A program made the translations under genes and the position numbers. From an uncultured Anaeroplasmatales bacterium (GTDB taxonomy: Bacteria > Bacillota_I > Bacilli_A > Acholeplasmatales > JAEDCM01): a stretch of 64,000 bases of DNA. Shown one piece after another: positions 1 through 8,454 of this stretch; within the stretch, counting starts at the first letter, position 1, and each line of letters starts with the position of its first letter. Below the pieces are notes generated by a model. It did not search any database, had not been told where the DNA came from, and saw only the letters and a program-made list of their open reading frames with translations. The stretch lies in assembly GCA_964634685.1 (NCBI GenBank), contig CAZWLD010000009.1:292-64291 (forward strand). The letters are read 5' to 3'.

Positions 1-88
1 TTATGCAAAATATATGGATTTATAAAAATCTAATGACATATGCAAAATATTAATCTCTTTTTACTCTTTTTTATAAAAAAAGCCTTAC

Positions 89-457
89 TCACAAATTAAT
101 AAATGAGTGTGCGGCTTTGGTTTCATCAAACGAACTTCTAGTTGTAATAGCTATGTATGAATCAGTAGAATCATATATATACACTTTATAATCATGTACA
201 GAAGTTCCATTATTTCCAATAGACCCTTTATTTATACCCGATGTGTTTTTATACCAAATAGTACTAGAAAATGAAGATACATTTCTAGGAGCATTAACAA
301 AAGTATGTTTTCCAGATCCCCAACCAGTTGTTGGAAATGTATATGAAAAACTAATCATAGTATTGTTTACATTTGAATTTTCTGCAATAACATTCCGTGA
401 TTTAAAAAGAGTAAGACAAATAATCAAAATAAAACATAAGCAAGAAATTTTTTTCAT
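89..457 (-). CDS. Small secreted protein of unknown function
   Basis: 122-aa ORF. The N-terminus MKKISCLCFILIICLTLFKSRNVIAE looks like a Sec signal peptide. GAGGGG RBS lies about 6 nt upstream of the ATG. No domain recognised. Confidence 0.5.
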   Translation of the reverse strand: MKKISCLCFILIICLTLFKSRNVIAENSNVNNTMISFSYTFPTTGWGSGKHTFVNAPRNVSSFSSTIWYKNTSGINKGSIGNNGTSVHDYKVYIYDSTDSYIAITTRSSFDETKAAHSFINL

Positions 458-474
458 TATGACCCCTCATCTAT

Positions 475-503
475 ATTTTATCATATTTAAAGAATTAAGT
501 CAA
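475..503 (-). promoter_or_regulatory. Sigma-70-type promoter for ORF 89..457
   Basis: Minus strand reads TTGACT (498..503), a 17-nt spacer, then TAAAAT (475..480) with an extended TGn (TGATAAAAT). It sits just upstream of the GAGGGG RBS. Confidence 0.6.
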
Positions 504-789
504 CAAAAGCCCCAAAATAAGCATTTTTTTACGAATTTATTAGTGCTTTTTGTTTAATTAAGTCTATAAAAAAGCAATTATTCAATAAAATTTCTTTGCA
601 TAAAAATTATACAAAATAACCCCCAAATATGAACATTATTCGAAAAAAAACAAGGCAAATATAAAATAAGTTCTCGATATGATAACGTTATTATAAATTT
701 TTTTTGGTTTTTTCGTTTTAAAAAAATTAGTTTTGATTTATAATATAGATAAAGAAAAAACGATTCTAAAATTAATAAGGAGTATAAAA

Positions 790-2472
790 ATGATTAAATC
801 GAACACTTTAAAAGCATCTGAAATTGCAATTTTTGCTCTTGGTGGTTTAGGTGAGGTCGGAAAAAACACTTATGTTATCGAATACCAAAATCAAATTTTT
901 ATTATTGATGCTGGTATGCTTTTTCCTGATGAGCATTTGCTAGGAGTAGATTATGTTATTCCAGATTATCAATATCTAATTGACAATCAAGAAAAAATTG
1001 TTGGTCTTTTCATAACGCATGGTCATGAGGATCACATCGGGGGAATTCCTTTTCTTCTCAAAAAGGTGAAAATTCCAAAAATTTACGCAGCCGGCGTCAC
1101 TGTTGATCTAATTGAAAACAAGCTTCAGGAATATGATGGTCTAACCCCAACTATCGTCGAATACAAAAGCAACTATAGCTTCAAATTTAAAGGAGTTGAG
1201 GTAACGTTCATTAGAATGAACCATTCAATTCCCGACAGCTTTGCCATTGTTTTTAAAACATCCCTTGGCTATATTATTCATACAGGTGATTTTAAAATTG
1301 ATTTTACGCCAATTGGTCCCGCCGCTGAATATGAGAAGCTAGCTAAGCTTGGAAGCGAAGGTGTTTTATGTCTTCTTGCGGATAGTACCAATGCGATGCT
1401 TGATGGCTTTACAATTAGTGAATCGAAGGTTAGTTCTTCAATCAAGGAGGTTTTCAGCAAAATTGAAAATCGAATTTTAGTTGCAACCTTTGCCTCAAAT
1501 ATCTATCGAATCCAACAAATCGTCGAAGCATCTGTTGCGAATAATCGTAAAATTGCTGTCTTTGGTCGTTCAATGGATAAAGCCATTGAGCTAGGACAAC
1601 AAATCGGTTATATCAAAGCCCCAAAAGGAACATTTATTGATGCGCAGGCTATCAATAACTATCCCGCCAATCAAATAACCATTTTATGTACTGGTTCCCA
1701 GGGCGAGCCCCTAGCCGCTTTATCAAGAGTTGCTTTTGGAACGCATCGTCAAATCAAGCTTATCCCCGGCGATACGGTCATCTTCTCTTCTTCACCAATT
1801 CCTGGAAACTCCGGTGGCGTTAATAGAACCATTAATATGCTCTTCAAAAAGGGCGCAGATGTTATTATCAATAGTCCTTTAACCGATACCCATACTAGTG
1901 GTCATGGTGCAGCAATGGAGCTAAAGCTTCTTCAAAGTCTTGTTAAGCCAAAATATTTTATGCCAATTCATGGCGAACATCGAATGCTAAAAACGCATGC
2001 CGATTTAGCTGTATCCGTTGGCGTAAAAAGAGAGAATACCTTTGTTTTAGATAATGGTGATGTTTTAGTAATCGGTAAGGATAAAGCTCGCATTGCGGGA
2101 AAGGTTCAAGCTGGAGATGTCTATGTTGATGGTAGTGGCATCGGAGATATTGGAAATGTTGTCATCAAGGAACGCAAGCTTTTAAGTGATGATGGTTTAT
2201 TATCCTTAATAATTACAATCAATGCCAAAAAACTAGAATTAGCTATTCCGCCAACAATCGTTTCTCGTGGATTCATCTATATGAAATCAAACGAAGATTT
2301 CACAAATAATTTAATTAAGGCTAGCTCAAATCTAATCAATTCCGAATTAAAAAAGATGAAGGTATTAAATACTGTGTACTTAAAAAATCTCATTGCGGAG
2401 CTATTATCTAAATTAATATATAACTATACAGAAAGAAAGCCAATGATTATTCCAATCATTATGACAGTATAA
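790..2472 (+). CDS. rnj: Ribonuclease J (beta-CASP metallo-beta-lactamase RNase)
   Basis: HGHEDHIGG metal motif, GDFKID, and beta-CASP plus C-terminal domain layout. Start moved from track 733 to ATG 790 (MIKSNTLKASEIAIFALGGLGE), which has AAGGAG 8 nt upstream. Confidence 0.9.
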   Translation: MIKSNTLKASEIAIFALGGLGEVGKNTYVIEYQNQIFIIDAGMLFPDEHLLGVDYVIPDYQYLIDNQEKIVGLFITHGHEDHIGGIPFLLKKVKIPKIYAAGVTVDLIENKLQEYDGLTPTIVEYKSNYSFKFKGVEVTFIRMNHSIPDSFAIVFKTSLGYIIHTGDFKIDFTPIGPAAEYEKLAKLGSEGVLCLLADSTNAMLDGFTISESKVSSSIKEVFSKIENRILVATFASNIYRIQQIVEASVANNRKIAVFGRSMDKAIELGQQIGYIKAPKGTFIDAQAINNYPANQITILCTGSQGEPLAALSRVAFGTHRQIKLIPGDTVIFSSSPIPGNSGGVNRTINMLFKKGADVIINSPLTDTHTSGHGAAMELKLLQSLVKPKYFMPIHGEHRMLKTHADLAVSVGVKRENTFVLDNGDVLVIGKDKARIAGKVQAGDVYVDGSGIGDIGNVVIKERKLLSDDGLLSLIITINAKKLELAIPPTIVSRGFIYMKSNEDFTNNLIKASSNLINSELKKMKVLNTVYLKNLIAELLSKLIYNYTERKPMIIPIIMTV

Positions 2473-2477
2473 AAAAA

Positions 2478-2507
2478 GCGGATTTATTTATTTAATCCGC
2501 TTTTTTT
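2478..2507. terminator. Bidirectional Rho-independent terminator between convergent rnj and the TIR gene
   Basis: Stem GCGGATT (2478..2484) pairs with AATCCGC (2494..2500). It is flanked by an A7 run upstream and a T7 run downstream. Confidence 0.8.
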
Positions 2508-2532
2508 ATAGAGTAATATATTAAAATAAAGA

Positions 2533-4884
2533 TTAGTACTTATCATCATAAGGAGTATTCTCAACCCCTTCGTCTTGTAGCTTAGTTACCATACGGTCCA
2601 ATCTCGATTTCCACATTTTTTTAAACCATTTTTTCTTTCCGAATATTTTTACAATTGTTGGACTTATTGCATAATATAGCTTTATAAACATTCTTCCATG
2701 CCATGTCTTGTCCAATTTAAAATCGCGAAAACGCCTAAGTGTCCAAACCTCAGGGCAATCATAAGAGCCATAAACACAAGTTGCAATATAGCAACCTGCT
2801 TTCCTATCTGGTTGAGTAGCTTCATATGTTAAGCCATTATAATTATAAACAAATGGATTAACTTCATACTCAACACTACTAGTTGATATTTTATTAACAT
2901 ATGCCCAATCTTTAAATTGTTTTTGGATTTTGTCTCTTTCCCTTTTTTCGTATTCAGAAAATTCATAATAAAAATGTAGTAAAGTATAGGTAGAATCATT
3001 GATTTTATACAAAAGATCGTACCATAAAGTATATGTAAATTTCAAAGTTGAACGGCCAAGGCTAATATCAAGATGGTCATTGATGCAAATAATGTCCTTA
3101 GTATAAATTGTTCTAAAATTTAAACCTTCAATATCAAAAATCACTTTATCTTCATATAAGGTAATAACCGTCTTACGATTTAATATATACCCTCCTGAAA
3201 CAGTGATTTTAGTCAATTCTAAAAATGAAGATTCAGAAATATCATTTCTAGATAACTTAGCCCAGCTTTCTAAAAGAGGTATCGCTACTTTATATTCATT
3301 TTCGGTTACAATTTTTATCTGCATTTTAACCACATTGAAGACTTGTTCACTTATCTCAAAGATTTCCTTTTTGTTAGAAAGTGATTCACCATATAAATCA
3401 ACAAATTGAACTAGGTTTGAAGACATTTCGCAATAAGAAGTGAATTTCGATTCTTTTATATTATAAGCTTCAAATGACACTCGTTTAAAATAATCTCCAA
3501 CAAAATTAAATAAAATGATAGTGTTTTTTTCTAGTCTGTTACAAAATGCATCATATTGTTCTTTTATTGAATCATTTTTCTTTGACATTTCTCTAATAAT
3601 AGGTAATCCTAATTCAGTTACTGGATTTATTGCCTTTTTAACATCCGTTTCTGATAACCCGGCATCAGACAATTTATCAAATTGTAATCTAGACTCGATG
3701 GCATTAATAATGCAATCAGCGAATAGTTTTTGTTCATTTTCGGAGGTTACATTTCCACATATATCAAAGTGACTTCTTTGATAATCACTACTCATTATTA
3801 AAAATAGCCTTCCATAGAAATTGTTGGAATCCTCTTCAAGAATACCATCTCCAAACTTTTTTAAATTAGGGTGTTTTTCACCATAAATAACTATATTATG
3901 AGATTTTAAATACTCTAAACCTTTTTTTGTTAATGATGATATCTTATTAATAATTTGTGTTTCTTCTTCATTCTTTTTATTCTCATTAGGCTTTTTAATG
4001 ATTTTTTTAATTCCTCTTACAACATCATTAATAAACCCAATTTTGCTCATATCCTGTGCTTGTAAATGCGAGAATTCCTCTGGCAATTCGTATGCATCCA
4101 TATCCTTATAGCAAGGTATAAGCATCTTACTATGATCATTTTTCATCATCTTAAGGAATCGAGACCATTCATTTTTTACCCATACAGCATTAAAATATTC
4201 AGGCTTTGTTCCTATAGAAAGCATGACCTTAGCTGAATTTAGCGCTGCAAAAATAATTGGCTCATATGCACTCCCAAGTTTATCCTCAAGAGTAATAGCT
4301 GCATAAAAAACCTTAAATCCTTCATTTGTAAGATTATGGTAAATTTCATTTGCAATCACACTATCTTTTGTTCTATTTCCGCTTGAGTCAGTTTCCTTGT
4401 AACAAATAAATACATCATAAGGCTCTTCGTTTGCAGAAATTGCAAGAATTCCTTTCTGAATTTCATCAATTTGCATTGCTTCCTTTTCATAGATTGTACG
4501 TTGTACAACATCGGCATATTGAAGAGCCTTTTTGTAATAATCATCCGCAACAATTGATTCGTATGATGTTCTATGACATGTAGGTATTCTTTTGTATGTT
4601 TTTGGATCCTCTACATACTCAATTCCAAATTTACAAAGAATAACACCCCAATATGCTTCAGACTCTCTTTCATCGTTTTGTATTATTTTTTCATAAATAG
4701 CTTCTGCTTTGTCAAATTCATTTTTTTGACGTAGTAAATTAGCTCGATTAAAAAGCCCTTGAATATTTTCATCTGTAGTACTTGGTAATGTTTGTTGGGT
4801 ACCACAGTATTCACATTCAACAACCTTTTCTCCTTCTGAAACTGAAAGCTCACCGCCACACATTTTACATTTATAAATAGCCAT
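2533..4884 (-). CDS. Zinc-ribbon / TPR-like / TIR domain protein with Cys-motif C-terminal module (TIR-A)
   Basis: 783 aa. aa1-30 form a CxxC..CxxC ribbon (CKMCGG..CEYCGT). aa45-130 are helical and TPR-like (AYWGVILCKFGIEYVEDP..PTCHR). aa155-295 form a TIR fold (YDVFICYKETD ... AVWVKNEWSRFL; Glu239 codon at 4168..4170). The C-terminal 87 aa read GCYIATCVYGSYDCPEVWTLRRFRD... The start lies 15 nt after the upstream gene and has a GGAAGAGGG RBS. Confidence 0.75.
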   Translation of the reverse strand: MAIYKCKMCGGELSVSEGEKVVECEYCGTQQTLPSTTDENIQGLFNRANLLRQKNEFDKAEAIYEKIIQNDERESEAYWGVILCKFGIEYVEDPKTYKRIPTCHRTSYESIVADDYYKKALQYADVVQRTIYEKEAMQIDEIQKGILAISANEEPYDVFICYKETDSSGNRTKDSVIANEIYHNLTNEGFKVFYAAITLEDKLGSAYEPIIFAALNSAKVMLSIGTKPEYFNAVWVKNEWSRFLKMMKNDHSKMLIPCYKDMDAYELPEEFSHLQAQDMSKIGFINDVVRGIKKIIKKPNENKKNEEETQIINKISSLTKKGLEYLKSHNIVIYGEKHPNLKKFGDGILEEDSNNFYGRLFLIMSSDYQRSHFDICGNVTSENEQKLFADCIINAIESRLQFDKLSDAGLSETDVKKAINPVTELGLPIIREMSKKNDSIKEQYDAFCNRLEKNTIILFNFVGDYFKRVSFEAYNIKESKFTSYCEMSSNLVQFVDLYGESLSNKKEIFEISEQVFNVVKMQIKIVTENEYKVAIPLLESWAKLSRNDISESSFLELTKITVSGGYILNRKTVITLYEDKVIFDIEGLNFRTIYTKDIICINDHLDISLGRSTLKFTYTLWYDLLYKINDSTYTLLHFYYEFSEYEKRERDKIQKQFKDWAYVNKISTSSVEYEVNPFVYNYNGLTYEATQPDRKAGCYIATCVYGSYDCPEVWTLRRFRDFKLDKTWHGRMFIKLYYAISPTIVKIFGKKKWFKKMWKSRLDRMVTKLQDEGVENTPYDDKY

Positions 4885-4899
4885 ATTTTTCCCTCTTCC

Positions 4900-5742
4900 T
4901 TAATTAATTTTGTTATTTAAATACTTACTATATTTTTCTCGTAAGCTCCAATTTAATTTTTCTTTATATTTACTTTTAATCAATTTATATTTCATTCGAA
5001 TATCTTCTTGTGAAATAGGATTATCTTCACTACAATTAGGTGACAACACTACTTTTGGATCATTTTTTTCACAATCAATTGCTAAATCAATATAGCATTC
5101 ATCATCTAATAATTCTAATTGCTCCTGGCTCAAATTAGCTTTATCAATTTCTATAACTAATCGGCATTCATTTTCATAAGCCCATCCATATAGTTTTGCA
5201 TAATAATCAAGTTTCCCATTTTGTATATCAAAAGGGAAATCATTAATAGAAGCATTTTTTAATCCATATATGGATTTCTTTAGTATTAAATTCTTATTAT
5301 CATCACCAACATATATAACATCAATCATTTCAATTCGGAATTTTCCCTTAGGAATATTTAAAACAAAAGTATCATCGCGTGAAATATTAATTTCATTTGT
5401 TTTGGTAATCAAGTCTTTTATTATAGACTTAGTAAATGTAAGCATAAAGCCCTCTTCTGAAGGATCAGAATATAACATCCACATAGCGATATTTTCACTT
5501 TTTGAATAAGTAAAAGATTTAACAAATCGAATTTTACCATCATTACACAGATTATCACGATCAATTATATCGTTCCAACTAGTTCCTCTTGTTAATCTAA
5601 TACTCGATTTTTTAAGCGTTTCAACAATTGATTTTCTATCCCCATAAAATGAATACTGGTCGTGATCTATCCCTTTTTTCTTCAATTCATTATACAAATC
5701 ATCCTTCGACTTAATACCCTTAAAAAAATCTTCTCTTGGCAT
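4900..5742 (-). CDS. DUF2971-like protein
   Basis: 280 aa. The motifs NIAMWMLYS and YGWAYENECRLVI match my memory of the DUF2971 signature (MW..Y and E.E.R). The ORF is 12 nt downstream of the 4TM gene. Confidence 0.55.
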   Translation of the reverse strand: MPREDFFKGIKSKDDLYNELKKKGIDHDQYSFYGDRKSIVETLKKSSIRLTRGTSWNDIIDRDNLCNDGKIRFVKSFTYSKSENIAMWMLYSDPSEEGFMLTFTKSIIKDLITKTNEINISRDDTFVLNIPKGKFRIEMIDVIYVGDDNKNLILKKSIYGLKNASINDFPFDIQNGKLDYYAKLYGWAYENECRLVIEIDKANLSQEQLELLDDECYIDLAIDCEKNDPKVVLSPNCSEDNPISQEDIRMKYKLIKSKYKEKLNWSLREKYSKYLNNKIN

Positions 5743-5754
5743 ATACTATTACCT

Positions 5755-6474
5755 CTATTTTTGCTTAGAAGCTTTTGCTTTTTGGTTTCTTTCCTTCAAT
5801 AAAATTATTAACTCATCAATATCACTAAAAATTGAATCAATAATACCAGTTGATATATTTCTTTTTAGTAATTCACAATTTTTATAAATCTCTTCCTCTA
5901 TTTCTCCCAATGAATCATTTGATACCGGATCACTGTATTTTACTTCTTCAACTAGTAATCCTAGCTTTATACGAATAGATTCTTCTGTCACCTTATTTGC
6001 TAATGTTTCTAAATCAACTCTCAAATCCGAAATAAATTTGGTAGTATTTGGTAAAGAATTTTCAATTTTAATTATTTCCTGCTTGTAAGAATCCGTCATA
6101 ATCAAACCAATTGAAGTTAATCCAATCAAAATTGACTCAATGACAATAATAATCCAATAATCTACTAAAACAAAGGAATTAAGAGTAAATAGGGCAATGC
6201 AAAGAACCATTTGAATTAACATGTATAAATATCCTAATCGGATAATTGGCCAACCATATATTTTGCTTTTGTATGTGTTTGTCTCATTCAAACCATAATG
6301 TGCAATAAATGGTTGAGAAATGATACTCAACAAGCCACAAATCCAAAGAATCCAAAAGGAAGCCTCTGATTTATGAGCAAAAGGAATAGCAAGAGCTAAA
6401 ATATTATAAACAACTCCAATAATAATTACGATAGCAATATATTTCTTAAAATTTTTATTCATTTTCTTATCCAT
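5755..6474 (-). CDS. Four-TM membrane protein with cytoplasmic helical C-terminal domain
   Basis: 239 aa with four hydrophobic helices in aa12-130, followed by a charged helical tail (..IRIKLGLLVEEVKYSDPVSNDSLGEIEEEIYKN..). The start lies 3 nt after the SPFH gene stop; the alternative ATG at 6462 has a better RBS spacing. Confidence 0.6.
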   Translation of the reverse strand: MDKKMNKNFKKYIAIVIIIGVVYNILALAIPFAHKSEASFWILWICGLLSIISQPFIAHYGLNETNTYKSKIYGWPIIRLGYLYMLIQMVLCIALFTLNSFVLVDYWIIIVIESILIGLTSIGLIMTDSYKQEIIKIENSLPNTTKFISDLRVDLETLANKVTEESIRIKLGLLVEEVKYSDPVSNDSLGEIEEEIYKNCELLKRNISTGIIDSIFSDIDELIILLKERNQKAKASKQK

Positions 6475-6477
6475 CCT

Positions 6478-8208
6478 TTACTCAGGCTTCTTGGTACCAC
6501 AATTGGGGCAAAAATTTGTTAATATATTATTCTGTCCACAAGAGCAATTCCAACCTTTTGACTCTTCAGGCTTCTTTGAACCGCAATTTGGGCAAAAACG
6601 TGTCATTATGTTATTTTGCCCACAAGAGCAATTCCAACCTTTTGACTCTTCCGGTTTCTTCGAACCACAATTTGGACAAAAATTAGTCACTATGTTACTT
6701 TGACCACATTGGCAATTCCAGCCAAAAGAAGATGAGCCAATTTGCGATGCTGAATTAATAATAGGATTAATTGTATCTTTTGCCATTCCCATAACACTGC
6801 CAACAGCACCCATAGTAACACCTAACCCAACAACATCTCCAAGAATGCTAGAGGCAAAACCTGCAGCACCTCCTTGAGGCATATTCTCCATCGCAGAAAG
6901 TGATACTTGTCGTCTCGTTTCATCTTGATATGTATATCCCTTCATTTGCATTTCCTGGGCCTCTGCTTGTGCTTTTAATCGATAGGCTTCAGCCTTTGCT
7001 TGAGCAGCAATTATTTCCTCCTGAGCTCCTGTTTGTGCTTCAACTACTCTTCTTTGCTGCTCAGCCAAGGCTACATTTTTCTTTATTTGCTCATTACGAA
7101 CTAATAAATACTGTTCAGCATACTGTTCCTTCATTTTTCTAAAATTTGGATCATCATCTGGTGTAACAACATGTAAAATATAAAATTCTGGTATATGCAT
7201 ACCATAATCCTCAAGAGTTTTATTGATTTCTATCTTCATAGAATTAGACAATGTTTCTAAATGCTCATCTACTTCTAAAATATTGATACTATTTTCCTTA
7301 ATATGTTTAGCCAAAATGCTCTTTACTTTTGAAATAACTAAAGCCTTAAATTTGCCAGATACAACTTTGATATCATAAGGATTATTAATTATATCTGTAT
7401 TTCTCAATTCAGAAGTAGTTCCAACTAGCTTTAATAGTAGTTTTCGAGAATTTACTACCCTAATATTGAACTCTCCATAGGCACCAAGTTCAATAGATAA
7501 CCCTGATATTGGATCAAACATTCTAACTTTAGTATCTGTTCCCCATTTAATTCCCGTTTGAGTGACCATATTAATGAAGTAAACTTCTGAGTGAAATGCA
7601 ACTTCACTATCAAATGGCAATTTATATAAGTTTTGCAATAAAGGCAATTTTTCTGTTGCTAATGTATATCTTCCTGCCCCAAAACAATCAAGCGCTTGCC
7701 CATCACGGAAAAATATTGCTTCTTGGGATTCATGGACGATTAATTGAGAGCCAAGATTAAAATCTTCAATAGGATGCTTCCATACTAATACATTATTGGG
7801 TCCCTCATATTTTATAACGCTTGCAAATCCTTTTTCCTTTATAGATTCTCTTGCAATAACCTCTTGGACATCCAAATGCTCTTTACAGAGGGGACAAACA
7901 TAGCTCTTTGCAGATTTATCTACTTGTAGTTTACATGAACAAGAAGGACAATTTATGTATACATAGTTCATCCTACTTTCCGATGTAACAATTTTATTTT
8001 TACATACAGGGCAATTTGCAGAATCTCCTTTAGCTTGATCGTACATTACCGAATTACCACAATGTGGACAATCTTTTATTGCGAAGCGATCTTTCCTAAC
8101 ATCAATGACTTTTCCACATTTACATTCTAAATATTTATTTGAAAAAAAACCAATAGATGCCTCCTGATAAGATCCGCATTTAGGACATTCAATAATAAAT
8201 TTAGCCAT
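6478..8208 (-). CDS. SPFH/band-7 domain protein with three N-terminal and three C-terminal zinc ribbons (SPFH-A, YdjI/COG4260-like)
   Basis: 576 aa. There are three N-terminal CxxC..CxxC pairs (CPKCGS..CKCGK, CPHCGN..CPVCKN, CPSCSC..CPLCKE). The SPFH core spans about aa125-370 (7099..7836). An A/Q/E-rich coiled coil follows, then the Gly-rich hydrophobic segment GGAAGFASSILGDVVGLGVTMGAVGSVMGMA, then 3 x GWNCxCGQxNIxTxFCPNCGxKKPE. Confidence 0.75.
   Translation of the reverse strand: MAKFIIECPKCGSYQEASIGFFSNKYLECKCGKVIDVRKDRFAIKDCPHCGNSVMYDQAKGDSANCPVCKNKIVTSESRMNYVYINCPSCSCKLQVDKSAKSYVCPLCKEHLDVQEVIARESIKEKGFASVIKYEGPNNVLVWKHPIEDFNLGSQLIVHESQEAIFFRDGQALDCFGAGRYTLATEKLPLLQNLYKLPFDSEVAFHSEVYFINMVTQTGIKWGTDTKVRMFDPISGLSIELGAYGEFNIRVVNSRKLLLKLVGTTSELRNTDIINNPYDIKVVSGKFKALVISKVKSILAKHIKENSINILEVDEHLETLSNSMKIEINKTLEDYGMHIPEFYILHVVTPDDDPNFRKMKEQYAEQYLLVRNEQIKKNVALAEQQRRVVEAQTGAQEEIIAAQAKAEAYRLKAQAEAQEMQMKGYTYQDETRRQVSLSAMENMPQGGAAGFASSILGDVVGLGVTMGAVGSVMGMAKDTINPIINSASQIGSSSFGWNCQCGQSNIVTNFCPNCGSKKPEESKGWNCSCGQNNIMTRFCPNCGSKKPEESKGWNCSCGQNNILTNFCPNCGTKKPE
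6482..6723 (-). repeat. Three tandem 84-bp in-frame repeats encoding zinc fingers
   Basis: The units 6482..6565, 6566..6649 and 6650..6723 are nearly identical at DNA level. Each encodes GWNC(S/Q)CGQ(N/S)NI.T.FCPNCG(S/T)KKPE(ESK). Confidence 0.9.
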
Positions 8209-8282
8209 ATATGATACTTCCTTTCTTTATTAATAATTGCAGTATTTTACAAAATATAAGATAATATTATATAGTTTATTTC

Positions 8283-8309
8283 ATTATACCCCCCCCCGAC
8301 CTTTGTCAA
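8283..8309 (-). promoter_or_regulatory. Promoter of the SPFH-4TM-DUF2971-TIR operon with a homopolymeric G9 spacer
   Basis: Minus strand reads TTGACA (8304..8309) AAGGTC GGGGGGGGG TATAAT (8283..8288). Both hexamers are perfect consensus but the spacer is only 15 nt. The AGGAAG RBS and the ATG at 8208 lie about 70 nt downstream. Confidence 0.7.
8289..8297. repeat. C9/G9 homopolymeric tract
   Basis: Nine consecutive C on the plus strand, inside the promoter spacer. This is the longest G/C run I could find by eye in this AT-rich window; the others are 5 nt or shorter. Confidence 0.95.
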
Positions 8310-8454
8310 TATTTTTGGAAAATATTATCAAAAATTGTCATCTGCGCAAACATTGCAAACAAAAATCAAAAAAACAGGTTTTCTCTTTATGGCGCGAAAA
8401 TTACAAATCTAAACAACATATATTTTCAATCAAAAATCAATATTTTTTCTGTAT

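Noticed and set aside
2-50. 12-bp direct repeat TATGCAAAATAT at 2..13 and 39..50
   Set aside because: It is short and AT-rich, lies at the window edge downstream of a gene, and could easily arise by chance in this composition.
243-5509. Short track ORFs lying inside longer genes on the opposite strand or in another frame (243..557, 1278..1460, 3203..3409, 3515..3772, 4356..4553, 4910..5095, 5270..5509), plus analogous ones later in the window
   Set aside because: All are embedded in longer ORFs with recognisable domains. They are 60-115 aa, lack RBS motifs and have I/F/L/K/S-rich shadow-frame composition.
6491-6703. 70-aa plus-strand ORF with its own internal repeat (..FCPQEQFQPFDSSGFFEPQFGQK.. 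twice)
   Set aside because: It is the antisense shadow of the three 84-bp zinc-finger repeats of the SPFH gene. It has no RBS, and its repeat structure is fully explained by the minus-strand gene.
6482-6723. Possible CRISPR array, because of regularly spaced repeats here and at 43575..44800
   Set aside because: The repeats are contiguous with no unique spacers, they are in frame and translate into protein domains, and no cas genes are present.
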